Source: an uncultured virus (IMG/VR IMGVR_UViG_3300025470_000021) | Taxonomy: Duplodnaviria; Heunggongvirae; Uroviricota; Caudoviricetes | Length of the DNA: 20,000 nucleotides | Reading direction: 5' to 3' (one strand) | Virus record (IMG/VR): IMGVR_UViG_3300025470_000021 | In this document: positions 8,540-16,726 of the stretch, piece after piece | How positions within the stretch are numbered: the stretch's first letter is position 1 | Layout of the letters: each line of letters opens with the position of its first letter | The notes under the pieces: generated by a model | The model's database searches: none | What the model was told of the DNA's origin: nothing | The model's input: the letters and a program-made list of their open reading frames with translations, nothing else | Position numbers and translations under genes: made by a program

Positions 8540-8764
8540 CTAGGAAGCCCTGCCTTTTGGTGGGGCTTCTTGCTTTGGTACTCCTGTTAACTTCCAATCA
8601 GGCTTGCTAGTGAGATGCCACTTCTTGCACTCTTTGCAGGCATATGCGCGACAAGGAAGATCTCGCGTCTTTCCTTGTGATATGGCATTCTTCCACGCTA
8701 CTCGAAGTACTCGTTGTGCTTGTGATTCTGTTGCATAGGTACGCTTACCCGTGCACTGCATCAT
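8540..8764 (-). CDS. Small actinophage-type Zn-binding protein
   Basis: C.GK..Y...A...RAY.C..C..WHLTS pattern. Confidence 0.75.
   Translation of the reverse strand: MMQCTGKRTYATESQAQRVLRVAWKNAISQGKTRDLPCRAYACKECKKWHLTSKPDWKLTGVPKQEAPPKGRAS
8544..8569 (+). terminator. Terminator hairpin after nrdJ, at the strand-convergence point
   Basis: GAAGCCCTGCC-TTTT-GGTGGGGCTTC; G-U pairs favour the + strand. Confidence 0.7.
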
Positions 8765-9170
8765 CGTCTCCTTTTTCTGTTAAACACCACTCTTCATGAT
8801 GCTTAATGTGATTGGTTGGATTTTTTATGTACGAAATCATTGTCATCTCTGTTTGATTTATTGTAGATATTTTAAGTGAAAACAACGATGCGTCACATCG
8901 TTCGCATAATAGAACAACATAATCACCATCTAATCTCCAACCTACCTTGACTAAATGCTTCCAGAATAGTTCTTCGAACTCGCTCTTGGTAAGGCTATTG
9001 GCTTTTGATACTTGGCTATAGAAATCTTCTTTTGAATATTGGTGTGGTTTTGGGTTGTACGGCAACTCATCTTGCACCCATGTGCCTTTAATTTTGCGCT
9101 CTGTATCTTGGCGCTTCTTCTTCCAATCGTGATACTTATTCTCGCCCATATTTGGCATCTTATGCTCCAT
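8745..9170 (-). CDS. Hypothetical protein (141 aa)
   Basis: Open frame filling the gap; CERC and H...C motifs. Confidence 0.65.
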   Translation of the reverse strand: MEHKMPNMGENKYHDWKKKRQDTERKIKGTWVQDELPYNPKPHQYSKEDFYSQVSKANSLTKSEFEELFWKHLVKVGWRLDGDYVVLLCERCDASLFSLKISTINQTEMTMISYIKNPTNHIKHHEEWCLTEKGDDDAVHG

Positions 9171-9181
9171 ATCTATGAGAT

Positions 9182-9199
9182 GCCCCTCTTTCGAGGGGC
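9182..9199 (-). terminator. GC-rich GAAA-tetraloop hairpin downstream of the transglycosylase gene
   Basis: GCCCCTC-GAAA-GAGGGGC on the - strand, no U-tract. Confidence 0.5.
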
Positions 9200-9215
9200 T
9201 CTCGTGCTTCTGCTA

Positions 9216-9815
9216 TTACTTCTGCTTAGGCTTTGTCTTTCGTACTGCTTTGGTCTGATGACCTACAGTCTTAACAGCCACCTTTGCTTTATGTGCCTGA
9301 ATGTGTGCCTTGTATGGATACATGGCTAACCAGTCTTGTACGACCTTCTGCCTTGTGCCCTTCCATGCACTCCAATTTCTGCCAGCATTGCTCATTTGAT
9401 AAGCAATCTGTGCATTGGTCACAGGATTTAGCAGTTGAGCGTTGTACGCTAAACCGTAATAGGCTCGTCGATCTGCGCCCATCGAGCCAAGCATATTGAT
9501 CTGGAATAAGCCATACGAGTTGTCTCCAGTATGGACATTTCCGTTGTAATCAAGCGCATTTCCATGTGATTCTTTCATGGCTACCGCCCATGCATACTTC
9601 AAGGATTGACCTGTAAAGCCTACGGCTTGAAGCATCGTGACAAGTTCCGTTGGTTGAAACTTGGCATAGTTCTGATACTTCTTTAGCACGAGCATTTGGG
9701 CTTCTGCCTTACTAGGGGCTACGGCTGGGGCTGATAGCCCGATCATGGCTCCTAGTACTACTGCTGATGCTGAGATTGACCCCAGTATCACTCTTACTTT
9801 TGATATTGCTTTCAT
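9216..9815 (-). CDS. Secreted or membrane-anchored lytic transglycosylase (SLT/lysozyme-like)
   Basis: N-terminal hydrophobic signal; AVAMKES catalytic Glu, SYGLFQIN, NP..NA..A, W.AW; Lys-rich tail; start taken at ATG 9815. Confidence 0.85.
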   Translation of the reverse strand: MKAISKVRVILGSISASAVVLGAMIGLSAPAVAPSKAEAQMLVLKKYQNYAKFQPTELVTMLQAVGFTGQSLKYAWAVAMKESHGNALDYNGNVHTGDNSYGLFQINMLGSMGADRRAYYGLAYNAQLLNPVTNAQIAYQMSNAGRNWSAWKGTRQKVVQDWLAMYPYKAHIQAHKAKVAVKTVGHQTKAVRKTKPKQK

Positions 9816-9822
9816 AGTTTCA

Positions 9823-11100
9823 TCACTCCATAAAGTCATTGGCGAGTTCTCCTGCCGTTGACTGCTGGTGACGGAGTCGGTGTAAATACCTTTCCGTCGT
9901 TTTAATTGACTGGTGACCTAATCGCTCTTTGACCTCGTGCACATCTACCCCATTTTTTAGTAACTGGGTAGCGTTAGCGTGCCGAAGGTCGTGAGTTCTA
10001 GGAGTCCAGCCAATTCCTGACTTGGCTATTGCTTGGTTCCATGTAGTTCTCCATACTCCACGCGGTAAGTGGCTCGTCTCGTCGGTCATGGTCTGACTAA
10101 TCCTAGCCTTGCCCTTAGCCTTCCGATACTCTCGTTTCGTCTGGCTACAGGCTTGGCATCGGCAACCCCCATGTGTATAGGAGTAGAGCGTTCCATGCTT
10201 GAAGCGTTTTCCCTCTGTTGCATAGGGCTCCAGAGTGTCGATCTCGCGTGAAGGTTCTAGTTTACCTGCCGTTAATACTATCGATCGAGGGAAGAGCAGG
10301 TCATCTTTCCGCAGCGAGTTAGCCGAGACATAGGCAGCAATCTCTTGTAAGAGGGCTTTTGAGAGGGTTACGGAGCGTTTCTTGCCCGATTTAGTAGCAT
10401 CTATGACCTTGAATCGCTCGCCAGCGTTGTATTGCGCCCCTAGATCACTGACTCGTCTCTGGATAAATACTTCGCCAGAGTTAAAATTGAAATCCTTTAC
10501 CCTGAGTTCTGTAGCCTCACCGAATCTCGCCCCAGAGAGCACGAGCATCTTGGCAAGTAACTTCGCACCGGAACCGGTTCCGTCAGGCAAGTTACTTAGT
10601 ATCTTCTTAAACTCGGCAGGCTCAAGGACATTCTGCAGGTCTGGCTGGCTGACTTTGATCTTGATGCCATGCGTGGGGTTGCTGGTGATCGCCTCACTCT
10701 CGACCAGCGAGGCGAAGGCTGAGCCCAGACACGCCTTGACCTGACCCAGCGTGGCTGGCTTGACCCCCTCAAGTCTGAGGTCACTAAGTAACTTTCGAAT
10801 CTGGCGGGCAGAGATGGAAGTTACTTCATTTGCGCCTAAACGATCTCGAACATATGTACGAAAGGTCATGGTGTAGTTCTTCTTAGTGATCGGCATAAGG
10901 TCAGCCGTCTGAATCCATTTGTCGAAGTACTCGGACAGGCTAGAACCAGCCTCAGAAGGCTCTGTAAAGCCCAGAACCTCAGCCCTCAGACCCGAAGCCT
11001 CAGCCTGAGCATAGGAATCCCATGTGCCAGCAGAGAGGCGTTTGCCGTCTACTCGGTAATATGCGGTAAAGCGTTTACCGCGTTGTACTACATAAGCCAT
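9823..11100 (-). CDS. int: Tyrosine recombinase/integrase with a Zn-finger insertion
   Basis: SGARFGEA (R), TKS (K), HDLRH, LGHQS, TERY (Y); N-terminal arm-binding-like and core-binding regions; GGAGG 6 nt before ATG 11100. Confidence 0.93.
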   Translation of the reverse strand: MAYVVQRGKRFTAYYRVDGKRLSAGTWDSYAQAEASGLRAEVLGFTEPSEAGSSLSEYFDKWIQTADLMPITKKNYTMTFRTYVRDRLGANEVTSISARQIRKLLSDLRLEGVKPATLGQVKACLGSAFASLVESEAITSNPTHGIKIKVSQPDLQNVLEPAEFKKILSNLPDGTGSGAKLLAKMLVLSGARFGEATELRVKDFNFNSGEVFIQRRVSDLGAQYNAGERFKVIDATKSGKKRSVTLSKALLQEIAAYVSANSLRKDDLLFPRSIVLTAGKLEPSREIDTLEPYATEGKRFKHGTLYSYTHGGCRCQACSQTKREYRKAKGKARISQTMTDETSHLPRGVWRTTWNQAIAKSGIGWTPRTHDLRHANATQLLKNGVDVHEVKERLGHQSIKTTERYLHRLRHQQSTAGELANDFME

Positions 11101-11132
11101 AGCCACCCTCCCTCAGAGTGTTACTGGTCAGT

Positions 11133-11161
11133 ACCTTACTCGCCAGTAGAAAGTTAGTCAA
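11133..11161 (-). promoter_or_regulatory. sigmaA-type promoter of the recombinase gene
   Basis: TTGACT-17 nt-TAAGGT on the - strand, overlapped by TACTnnnCAGTA palindromes. Confidence 0.7.
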
Positions 11162-11167
11162 AAGTAT

Positions 11168-11196
11168 GGGTATCGAGTTACATAGAGAACCCAGAA
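11168..11196 (+). repeat. Left copy of a 29-bp long-range inverted repeat
   Basis: GGGTATCGAGTTACATAGAGAACCCAGAA; 27/29 match to the reverse complement of 19523-19551. Confidence 0.9.
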
Positions 11197-11204
11197 CGGT
11201 GGAC

Positions 11205-11366
11205 TTACTGGTCGGCGTTGCCGTTCCAGAAGTCGGGATTGTAGGACTTATTGATTGGGTCATTGATGAGATCAGACCAATCACAGATGCAGTCCAAGCG
11301 GTTGCTTGAACAGTTAGGACAACGATAACGATCTCCCCTAAAGAGATCTTCTAAGTAAATGGTCAC
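11205..11366 (-). CDS. Small Cys-rich protein (53 aa, not in the ORF track)
   Basis: AGGAGG RBS, GTG start; MTIYLEDLFRGDRYRCPNCSSNRLDCICDW... Confidence 0.65.
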   Translation of the reverse strand: MTIYLEDLFRGDRYRCPNCSSNRLDCICDWSDLINDPINKSYNPDFWNGNADQ

Positions 11367-11436
11367 TATTCCTCCTAGTGACTTGGGGCGTAGTCTGGCT
11401 ACGATTCCATGACAGGTTTAGGCAATGTCTACATCG

Positions 11437-11610
11437 TTATACCTCCACTACCTGAGTAGTGATGAGATCGTAGGCATCAGTGAATGCCTCCACGATCGTG
11501 ACACCACTGCCTACTGCGACAGTCCTCTCCTTCTTGTCGGTGAGGTTGACCACGATGCGATCAGACATAACTGTTACATCGATCTCGTACTTACTAGCAC
11601 TTCTTGCCAT
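11437..11610 (-). CDS. Hypothetical protein (57 aa, not in the ORF track)
   Basis: MARSASKYEIDVTV...VVEV; starts 1 nt after the stop of the HTH gene. Confidence 0.65.
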   Translation of the reverse strand: MARSASKYEIDVTVMSDRIVVNLTDKKERTVAVGSGVTIVEAFTDAYDLITTQVVEV

Positions 11611-11611
11611 A

Positions 11612-11794
11612 TTAGTTTCCCTTGCTCTCTCGTTTAGTTATCCATGTATCGATTGTTGACTTACTCCACAGAGGTTTGTTGCCGATCTGTAGATCTGGCT
11701 CTGGAAGGGTGTTTCGCTTTCGATGCCTGTATATCGTGTCGTACTTGAGACCCGACAATTTTGCGATGTCGGTATATGTAAGCCATTCGCTCAT
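11612..11794 (-). CDS. AlpA/excisionase-like winged HTH protein (candidate recombination directionality factor)
   Basis: LT..DIA..SGL..DTIY......LPEPD..IG..PLW....ID.W. Confidence 0.8.
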   Translation of the reverse strand: MSEWLTYTDIAKLSGLKYDTIYRHRKRNTLPEPDLQIGNKPLWSKSTIDTWITKRESKGN

Positions 11795-11808
11795 GCTTTA
11801 GTACTCTC

Positions 11809-12129
11809 CTAAGATTGATCTTCATTGGTTATATCTCGCTTATCTATGTATTCTAGAAATTGATCTAAGATCTTTGTTAGATCATCTACTGAGTGCTCGG
11901 TGAACCCAAGCAGGATCTCGATCACTTTCATAAGCCCCCAGATAATCATCTCTGGCTCTATGTCATTCTCTGAGAGAACGCGATCAAGATGATCGTTGGC
12001 TAGGTACTCCTTGATCTCTGGCGGTAATCCGTCTAGTCGCTCTGCCTCTACCTTGAAGCCACGAGCCACCTTGATGAATTCGCTGGCGATGAGGATTGAC
12101 TTGCGTAGTTCTATTGCCTCTTGATTCAT
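11809..12129 (-). CDS. Hypothetical protein (106 aa)
   Basis: AAGGAG RBS; helical acidic protein. Confidence 0.75.
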   Translation of the reverse strand: MNQEAIELRKSILIASEFIKVARGFKVEAERLDGLPPEIKEYLANDHLDRVLSENDIEPEMIIWGLMKVIEILLGFTEHSVDDLTKILDQFLEYIDKRDITNEDQS

Positions 12130-12131
12130 AG

Positions 12132-12284
12132 TTACTCCTTACCTTTGCAGTTAAAACATATCCACATAACATTCTCTTGATTGTGTTCGATAAACTTCCC
12201 AGAAGTAATTAGCCCCTGCTGACCGCATTGATCGCAGGTATCTAATTGATCTGGTGTTACTCTGATTAGTTCTACATAACCCAT
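12132..12284 (-). CDS. Small Zn-ribbon protein (50 aa, not in the ORF track)
   Basis: TAATG coupling; CDQC...CFNC. Confidence 0.7.
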   Translation of the reverse strand: MGYVELIRVTPDQLDTCDQCGQQGLITSGKFIEHNQENVMWICFNCKGKE

Positions 12285-12764
12285 TACGCCACCTTTCCTG
12301 TCTTTACATACTTGTGTAAGTAATCTTTATTTTTCTTGCTGGTTCTGATCTTGTGGCAGTAAGCGCATCGCACTACGCATTTGCCGATTTCTTTCTGCAA
12401 TTTGATCAATGGAATACCCTCTTGAATGCCGAGAGAGATATCGAATGACTTGCGCCCTCTAACATGGTCGAAGTCCAACCCTCTGATGTCTGCGTTGCCA
12501 CAGTCCACGCATGGGTTCTCGGATTTGTACTCAGCAACATAGGCTTGAAGTACTGCACGCCTCTTTGCCTTTGCATACTTAGTCTGCTTGATCATCACCT
12601 TGTGATTGTCGGTGTAGTGATCGTAACTAGATTTCTTCTGGCACGACCTGCACTGAGTCTGCAATTTATCAGGTCGTGCACTATTGCGATTGTAAAGATG
12701 TCGAGCCTTGTAGCGATTGCACTTGAAGCATCGCTTGGTCGTTGCTTTCATTACGCCACCTTTC
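12282..12764 (-). repeat. 16-bp exact direct repeat GAAAGGTGGCGTAATG flanking the HNH gene
   Basis: CATTACGCCACCTTTC at 12282-12297 and 12749-12764. Confidence 0.9.
12284..12751 (-). CDS. HNH endonuclease
   Basis: CxxC..., CVDCG...LDFDHV...KC.VRCAYCH.IRT. Confidence 0.88.
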   Translation of the reverse strand: MKATTKRCFKCNRYKARHLYNRNSARPDKLQTQCRSCQKKSSYDHYTDNHKVMIKQTKYAKAKRRAVLQAYVAEYKSENPCVDCGNADIRGLDFDHVRGRKSFDISLGIQEGIPLIKLQKEIGKCVVRCAYCHKIRTSKKNKDYLHKYVKTGKVA

Positions 12765-13008
12765 GTCTATTGCGTGATACATAGAGTGGAGAGTTGTAAC
12801 TCTTTCCGTAGTACATCTTTCCTCCCCATATTCCATATATCTGTGTTTGACTCTCTGCATATTCGGCGCACTGATTAAGTAGTGGACATCTCTTGCAGAC
12901 TTTAACTGCTTGTTGAATGTCTCTTCGAATCTCGAAGTTATTATCAGGAAAGAATATCTCTGGGTCAATTTGAGCGCAGAGTTGTGTGCCGTCATATGGT
13001 GGTTGCAA
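12751..13008 (-). CDS. whiB: WhiB-family Fe-S transcription factor
   Basis: C...DPEIFFP...CxxCP....C....GIWGG; GGAGG RBS, TTG start. Confidence 0.92.
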   Translation of the reverse strand: MQPPYDGTQLCAQIDPEIFFPDNNFEIRRDIQQAVKVCKRCPLLNQCAEYAESQTQIYGIWGGKMYYGKSYNSPLYVSRNRRKVA

Positions 13009-13164
13009 TTAATAGCCTCCTAAGCAGTCCTTGCCTTTGGTGTGAAGTGGTAATGCGTTCTGCATCTCGTAGAGCGTTGGTGCGTAGAGCATAGACTTAC
13101 AGGCAGAGCATTCATAGTGCCACTCCTCTGCCTGTGCATCGTATTGAAAGCCCTTGTCATTCAT
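13009..13164 (-). CDS. Small protein (51 aa, CxxC; not in the ORF track)
   Basis: ATGA coupling; MNDKGFQYD...ECSACK...H....CLGGY. Confidence 0.65.
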   Translation of the reverse strand: MNDKGFQYDAQAEEWHYECSACKSMLYAPTLYEMQNALPLHTKGKDCLGGY

Positions 13165-13409
13165 GCGTTTGCTTTTTCATTAGTGACTTTACTGAGAAGA
13201 TCTGTGATCTCTTGTTCACTCACTGGCTCCCAGCCTTCACCTTCATCGTACTGCCATTGATCAAGGAGTTCTAAAAGAGCAACTCGAATGACATTGAGTT
13301 CTGGCGCTGTAAATGGCGTATTGAGATCATACGCATTAGTGCAGGTCTGACACATTTCTGTGCGATCAACTAATTCGTTTACTTCATAACCACAGTTTGA
13401 ACAGGTCAT
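13161..13409 (-). CDS. Hypothetical protein with an N-terminal Zn ribbon
   Basis: CSNC...CQTC; AGGAG RBS. Confidence 0.7.
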   Translation of the reverse strand: MTCSNCGYEVNELVDRTEMCQTCTNAYDLNTPFTAPELNVIRVALLELLDQWQYDEGEGWEPVSEQEITDLLSKVTNEKANA

Positions 13410-13410
13410 G

Positions 13411-14166
13411 TCATGCTCCTATCTTTACGAAGTTGTGTGATTGAGTTTCAATTAAATCTCCCTCTACTACAGATATGTCAGAGAGGTTGAGTGTCTTGTA
13501 CTTCATGGTGTGAGGGTTGCTAGGAGTCGTGTAGCCCACGATGAACCTGCGACCCTGAGTGCCTACAACTATGCCGTTGCGTAATCTGCCATGCGCTTGA
13601 ATCCAGACCCAGTCATTAACCTTTAGGTTGTAGGGCTGAGCCATTACTTTACCCCACACTAGATTTCCTGCTAACTCGTTAAGCACTGACTTGTGATCAA
13701 GAAGAACCGCCTCAATATCGATGCGCTTCTTGGCTTTGTTGGTTGTCTGCTTGTGCGAGGTAGTCTGGAAGTTGTCAACGATGAATCGATCATCGCCCCA
13801 GAGATGACCAAGTACTTCTGGCTCTACATCGAGATCTCGAATGCGCCATGAGTATGCCGAGTACTTAGTCTCTGTTTGCCATTCTCCACGATCTGATAGA
13901 GACATCGCTTTGTGATCATCGAAGTATCCACAGTGACCATTCTCAAGAACATATGCCCAACTCATTGTGATCTTACGAATGATGAGTTGATGACCTTTAT
14001 AGGTCTCTTCGGTATATGAGATATCTGAGCAACGAATCTCTGCAGTGTTGCCTATATTCCTACGATTAACCCATGACCCGTACCAGACCTTACCTACCTT
14101 GTCTGAGTACTGGCTCTGGTTCTCGTAGTAATCCTTCAACCGCTTTAAGTAAAATGAATCTGTCAT
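13411..14166 (-). CDS. Hypothetical protein, possible C-terminal SH3/KOW-like barrel
   Basis: LKVNDWVWI...G.VVG...IVGY pattern; ATGA coupling. Confidence 0.7.
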   Translation of the reverse strand: MTDSFYLKRLKDYYENQSQYSDKVGKVWYGSWVNRRNIGNTAEIRCSDISYTEETYKGHQLIIRKITMSWAYVLENGHCGYFDDHKAMSLSDRGEWQTETKYSAYSWRIRDLDVEPEVLGHLWGDDRFIVDNFQTTSHKQTTNKAKKRIDIEAVLLDHKSVLNELAGNLVWGKVMAQPYNLKVNDWVWIQAHGRLRNGIVVGTQGRRFIVGYTTPSNPHTMKYKTLNLSDISVVEGDLIETQSHNFVKIGA

Positions 14167-14768
14167 CGCACCATATCCCTTGCTTCTAGAACCTTCTCTA
14201 CTAATACCTGCATGAGTGATAGGTCGAGATCGAATCGGTAAGTAGGAACATACTCACCCTGCTCGTTGCGCTTGTTACGGCTTGAGAGTTCAATCCCGTC
14301 AACTCGATTACCGATGATTGTCCGAAGAGAATCTTTGACTGCCTTAGCAACGCGATCAGCACGCTCTTGTAATTCGCGCTCTAATCTTTGGCGTTCCTCT
14401 CTCTGTTTGCGCTCTACCTCAAGGCGAATGCGCTCAGCCTCTTCTTCTTGAGTCCAGCGTTCCTCTAGAGAGGAGTACTCAGCCACAATATCCTGAGGTC
14501 GAGAGACCCAGTAGAGAGTGTTACCGAATGAATCTGACTTCACCAGATAGCCCACAGAACGAGAGCCCTGAGGGGCTGGCTTGAAGGTCGCATCGTTAGG
14601 GTTCTCTGATCGATAGACCTCGTATGCATACTTATCGAGACTGACTAACTCAGCCTTAGATAGATCTCGGCGTTGAGCCTTTGCTGGATTCTTCTTATCT
14701 GCTGAGGAGTAATCCCATGAAGGAATTACTCCATACTTGATACCGACCTTGAGTTCTGCTTGCTTCAC
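14163..14768 (-). CDS. Hypothetical protein with a coiled coil
   Basis: AAGGAG RBS, GTG start; E/R-rich helix. Confidence 0.75.
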   Translation of the reverse strand: MKQAELKVGIKYGVIPSWDYSSADKKNPAKAQRRDLSKAELVSLDKYAYEVYRSENPNDATFKPAPQGSRSVGYLVKSDSFGNTLYWVSRPQDIVAEYSSLEERWTQEEEAERIRLEVERKQREERQRLERELQERADRVAKAVKDSLRTIIGNRVDGIELSSRNKRNEQGEYVPTYRFDLDLSLMQVLVEKVLEARDMVR

Positions 14769-14778
14769 TGTTTGCTCC

Positions 14779-16716
14779 TTACGCGTTAGTTAATCTGCGA
14801 GAGATCGCGTACTTAACGATCGCTCTTGCCATTGTGATGAGATCAAGAGGGTTAGCAACTACTGCACCGATCTCACAGTTGTGAGCCTTCTCAGCAGTAA
14901 GCACTACCTCTTCATGCTTCTCTGGAATATATGCGAAGGCAGTCAATACTTTTGACTGACCCATGCGCTTGATTGCATCTTCGTTTGCATCTTGATTGCC
15001 GTACCACTCGCCGTCAGTGATGATGAAGAAGATTTTGATCTTGCGATCACTCTCAGCAAGCAACTTTGTTGCATACTTGATCGCTTGATCTGGCTCTGTG
15101 CCACCGCCACTGAATGCATCTCGAATCTGAGAATTAGATTTCTCACTAGCGCGATACAGGACATGAGTTTCATCGCAGAATGTCAGCACTGTTGTGCTGG
15201 CATCGATACGATCAAGTGCTCGCTTGATTGCGTACATTGCACGATTAGCGTTAGCGATCTTGCTCCCTGTCATTGAGCCAGAGTTGTCGATAGCGATCAC
15301 GCATTCGATGTCGGTAGCATCTTCACGACCCTCATTCCATTGATCGAAAATCGTGTCAAAATCATCGCCACGCATATAGCGACCAACACTCAAGCGACCA
15401 GCGTTCTCGTATCTATCCCATGCAGGTTCGAATGAGGCGCGAAGGCGTTCGAGTTCACGACCGAATGATCGTGATGCTTCAACCGTCACTGAGTCGGGCA
15501 TGATCTCGCTATAGCGAGCACGCTCTGGCTCTTGTGAGTTGTTTGATGTGAGAGTTGGCTGACCACTGATCACTCGAAGAATGTCATTGATCTCCTGAGC
15601 CACACCAGACTCGCTAAGAATCTGATCGAGCACTGTAGAGATCATCTCACCAGCACTAGCCCCAGCATCGAGTGACGGCTCTGGCTTGCTTTGATCTGAA
15701 TCTGAATCTGTATCCCCTGAATCTGAATCTGAATCTGAATCGGGAGTTACTTCATCGCTCTGATCATCGAAGTCAGACCAATCGATGTCCTCTGCCTTGA
15801 TCTCTGGGAGATCGTCATCGAGATCATCTGGCTTGTTATTGAGACGATCGCGCTCCTTCTCCTGCTGGCGTGGTGGCACTGGGCGAGAGTCGACTGATGA
15901 CTCGATGCCCTGCTGAGGGCGAGCACCATGACCGCATGGGTCGATGACTTTGACTGGTGTGCCTTCGCCTTCACCATTGACTGCCTTGTACTTTGGTGTA
16001 CCAGTCTCATCACCATTGCCACCCTCACTCTTTGGTAGCAGGTTGTAGTACTGCTCAATGAGTTGTAATCCGCGCTCTGTATCTGTTGGGAATACGAGAG
16101 TGCGATACTCATTGATAATCGCCTTAAACTCATCGATCTTATCTTGATGAGGATAGAGAGCACGCGACTGCTGGCGAATCTCGACAGGTAGATACCTGCG
16201 ACCGCATAGCAATGGATAAGAGTTCTCGAACACCTCTGGGTTGTTCTTGAAGTGAATCAAGATCATCGAAGTGAACCACGCGACTGTTGAAGGGTACTTA
16301 GCAGTGAAGAATGACTCGATGCGCTGATCTTCTAACGCATTGAATGCAGTCCACCACTTGTTAGCAATTACTTGCTCAACGAGATCGCTACCTTCTCGGC
16401 TGGTGTACAAGATGTGACTGACCTCGTGAAGATCAAGCCCCTTGATGCTTGCGATCGACTCAGGTGTATCAAGTTCACCGATCTCATTAGCATTGAAGTA
16501 GACATCACTAGCCCCAGACCATGCTGGGGCTTTGATTGATGCGCTCTCAACCTTGACTGTCACTGGTCGGAATGTGAAGGCAGAGTTCACACGAGAGAAG
16601 AAGCCAGTGAAGCGTTCGATACGCTGGCGTTTAGCCTCTTGTGCCTTCTGATCTTCTGTTAACTCTTTGAGTGCATCGAAGATTTCTCCGAGATCAGTTA
16701 CATTGATCTTGTCCAT
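14779..16716 (-). CDS. vWA-domain protein with an N-terminal HExxH (metallopeptidase-like) domain; CobT/NorD-like partner
   Basis: LHEVSH and NALEDQRIE; acidic D/S linker; MIDAS DNSGS, GGT, ITDG. Confidence 0.88.
   Translation of the reverse strand: MDKINVTDLGEIFDALKELTEDQKAQEAKRQRIERFTGFFSRVNSAFTFRPVTVKVESASIKAPAWSGASDVYFNANEIGELDTPESIASIKGLDLHEVSHILYTSREGSDLVEQVIANKWWTAFNALEDQRIESFFTAKYPSTVAWFTSMILIHFKNNPEVFENSYPLLCGRRYLPVEIRQQSRALYPHQDKIDEFKAIINEYRTLVFPTDTERGLQLIEQYYNLLPKSEGGNGDETGTPKYKAVNGEGEGTPVKVIDPCGHGARPQQGIESSVDSRPVPPRQQEKERDRLNNKPDDLDDDLPEIKAEDIDWSDFDDQSDEVTPDSDSDSDSGDTDSDSDQSKPEPSLDAGASAGEMISTVLDQILSESGVAQEINDILRVISGQPTLTSNNSQEPERARYSEIMPDSVTVEASRSFGRELERLRASFEPAWDRYENAGRLSVGRYMRGDDFDTIFDQWNEGREDATDIECVIAIDNSGSMTGSKIANANRAMYAIKRALDRIDASTTVLTFCDETHVLYRASEKSNSQIRDAFSGGGTEPDQAIKYATKLLAESDRKIKIFFIITDGEWYGNQDANEDAIKRMGQSKVLTAFAYIPEKHEEVVLTAEKAHNCEIGAVVANPLDLITMARAIVKYAISRRLTNA
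15694..15741 (-). repeat. In-frame hexamer tandem repeat encoding a (DS)n linker
   Basis: (TCTGAA)n on the + strand = DSDSDSDSGDTDSDSD. Confidence 0.8.
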
Positions 16717-16726
16717 GTGTTACTCC

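Noticed and set aside
11331..11345. Possible frameshift in the G-run of the 53-aa ORF
   Set aside because: A recount shows four G residues and a continuous frame
15694..15741. Hexamer repeat as a phase-variation tract
   Set aside because: The unit is a multiple of 3 and lies in an acidic linker, so length changes would not alter the frame
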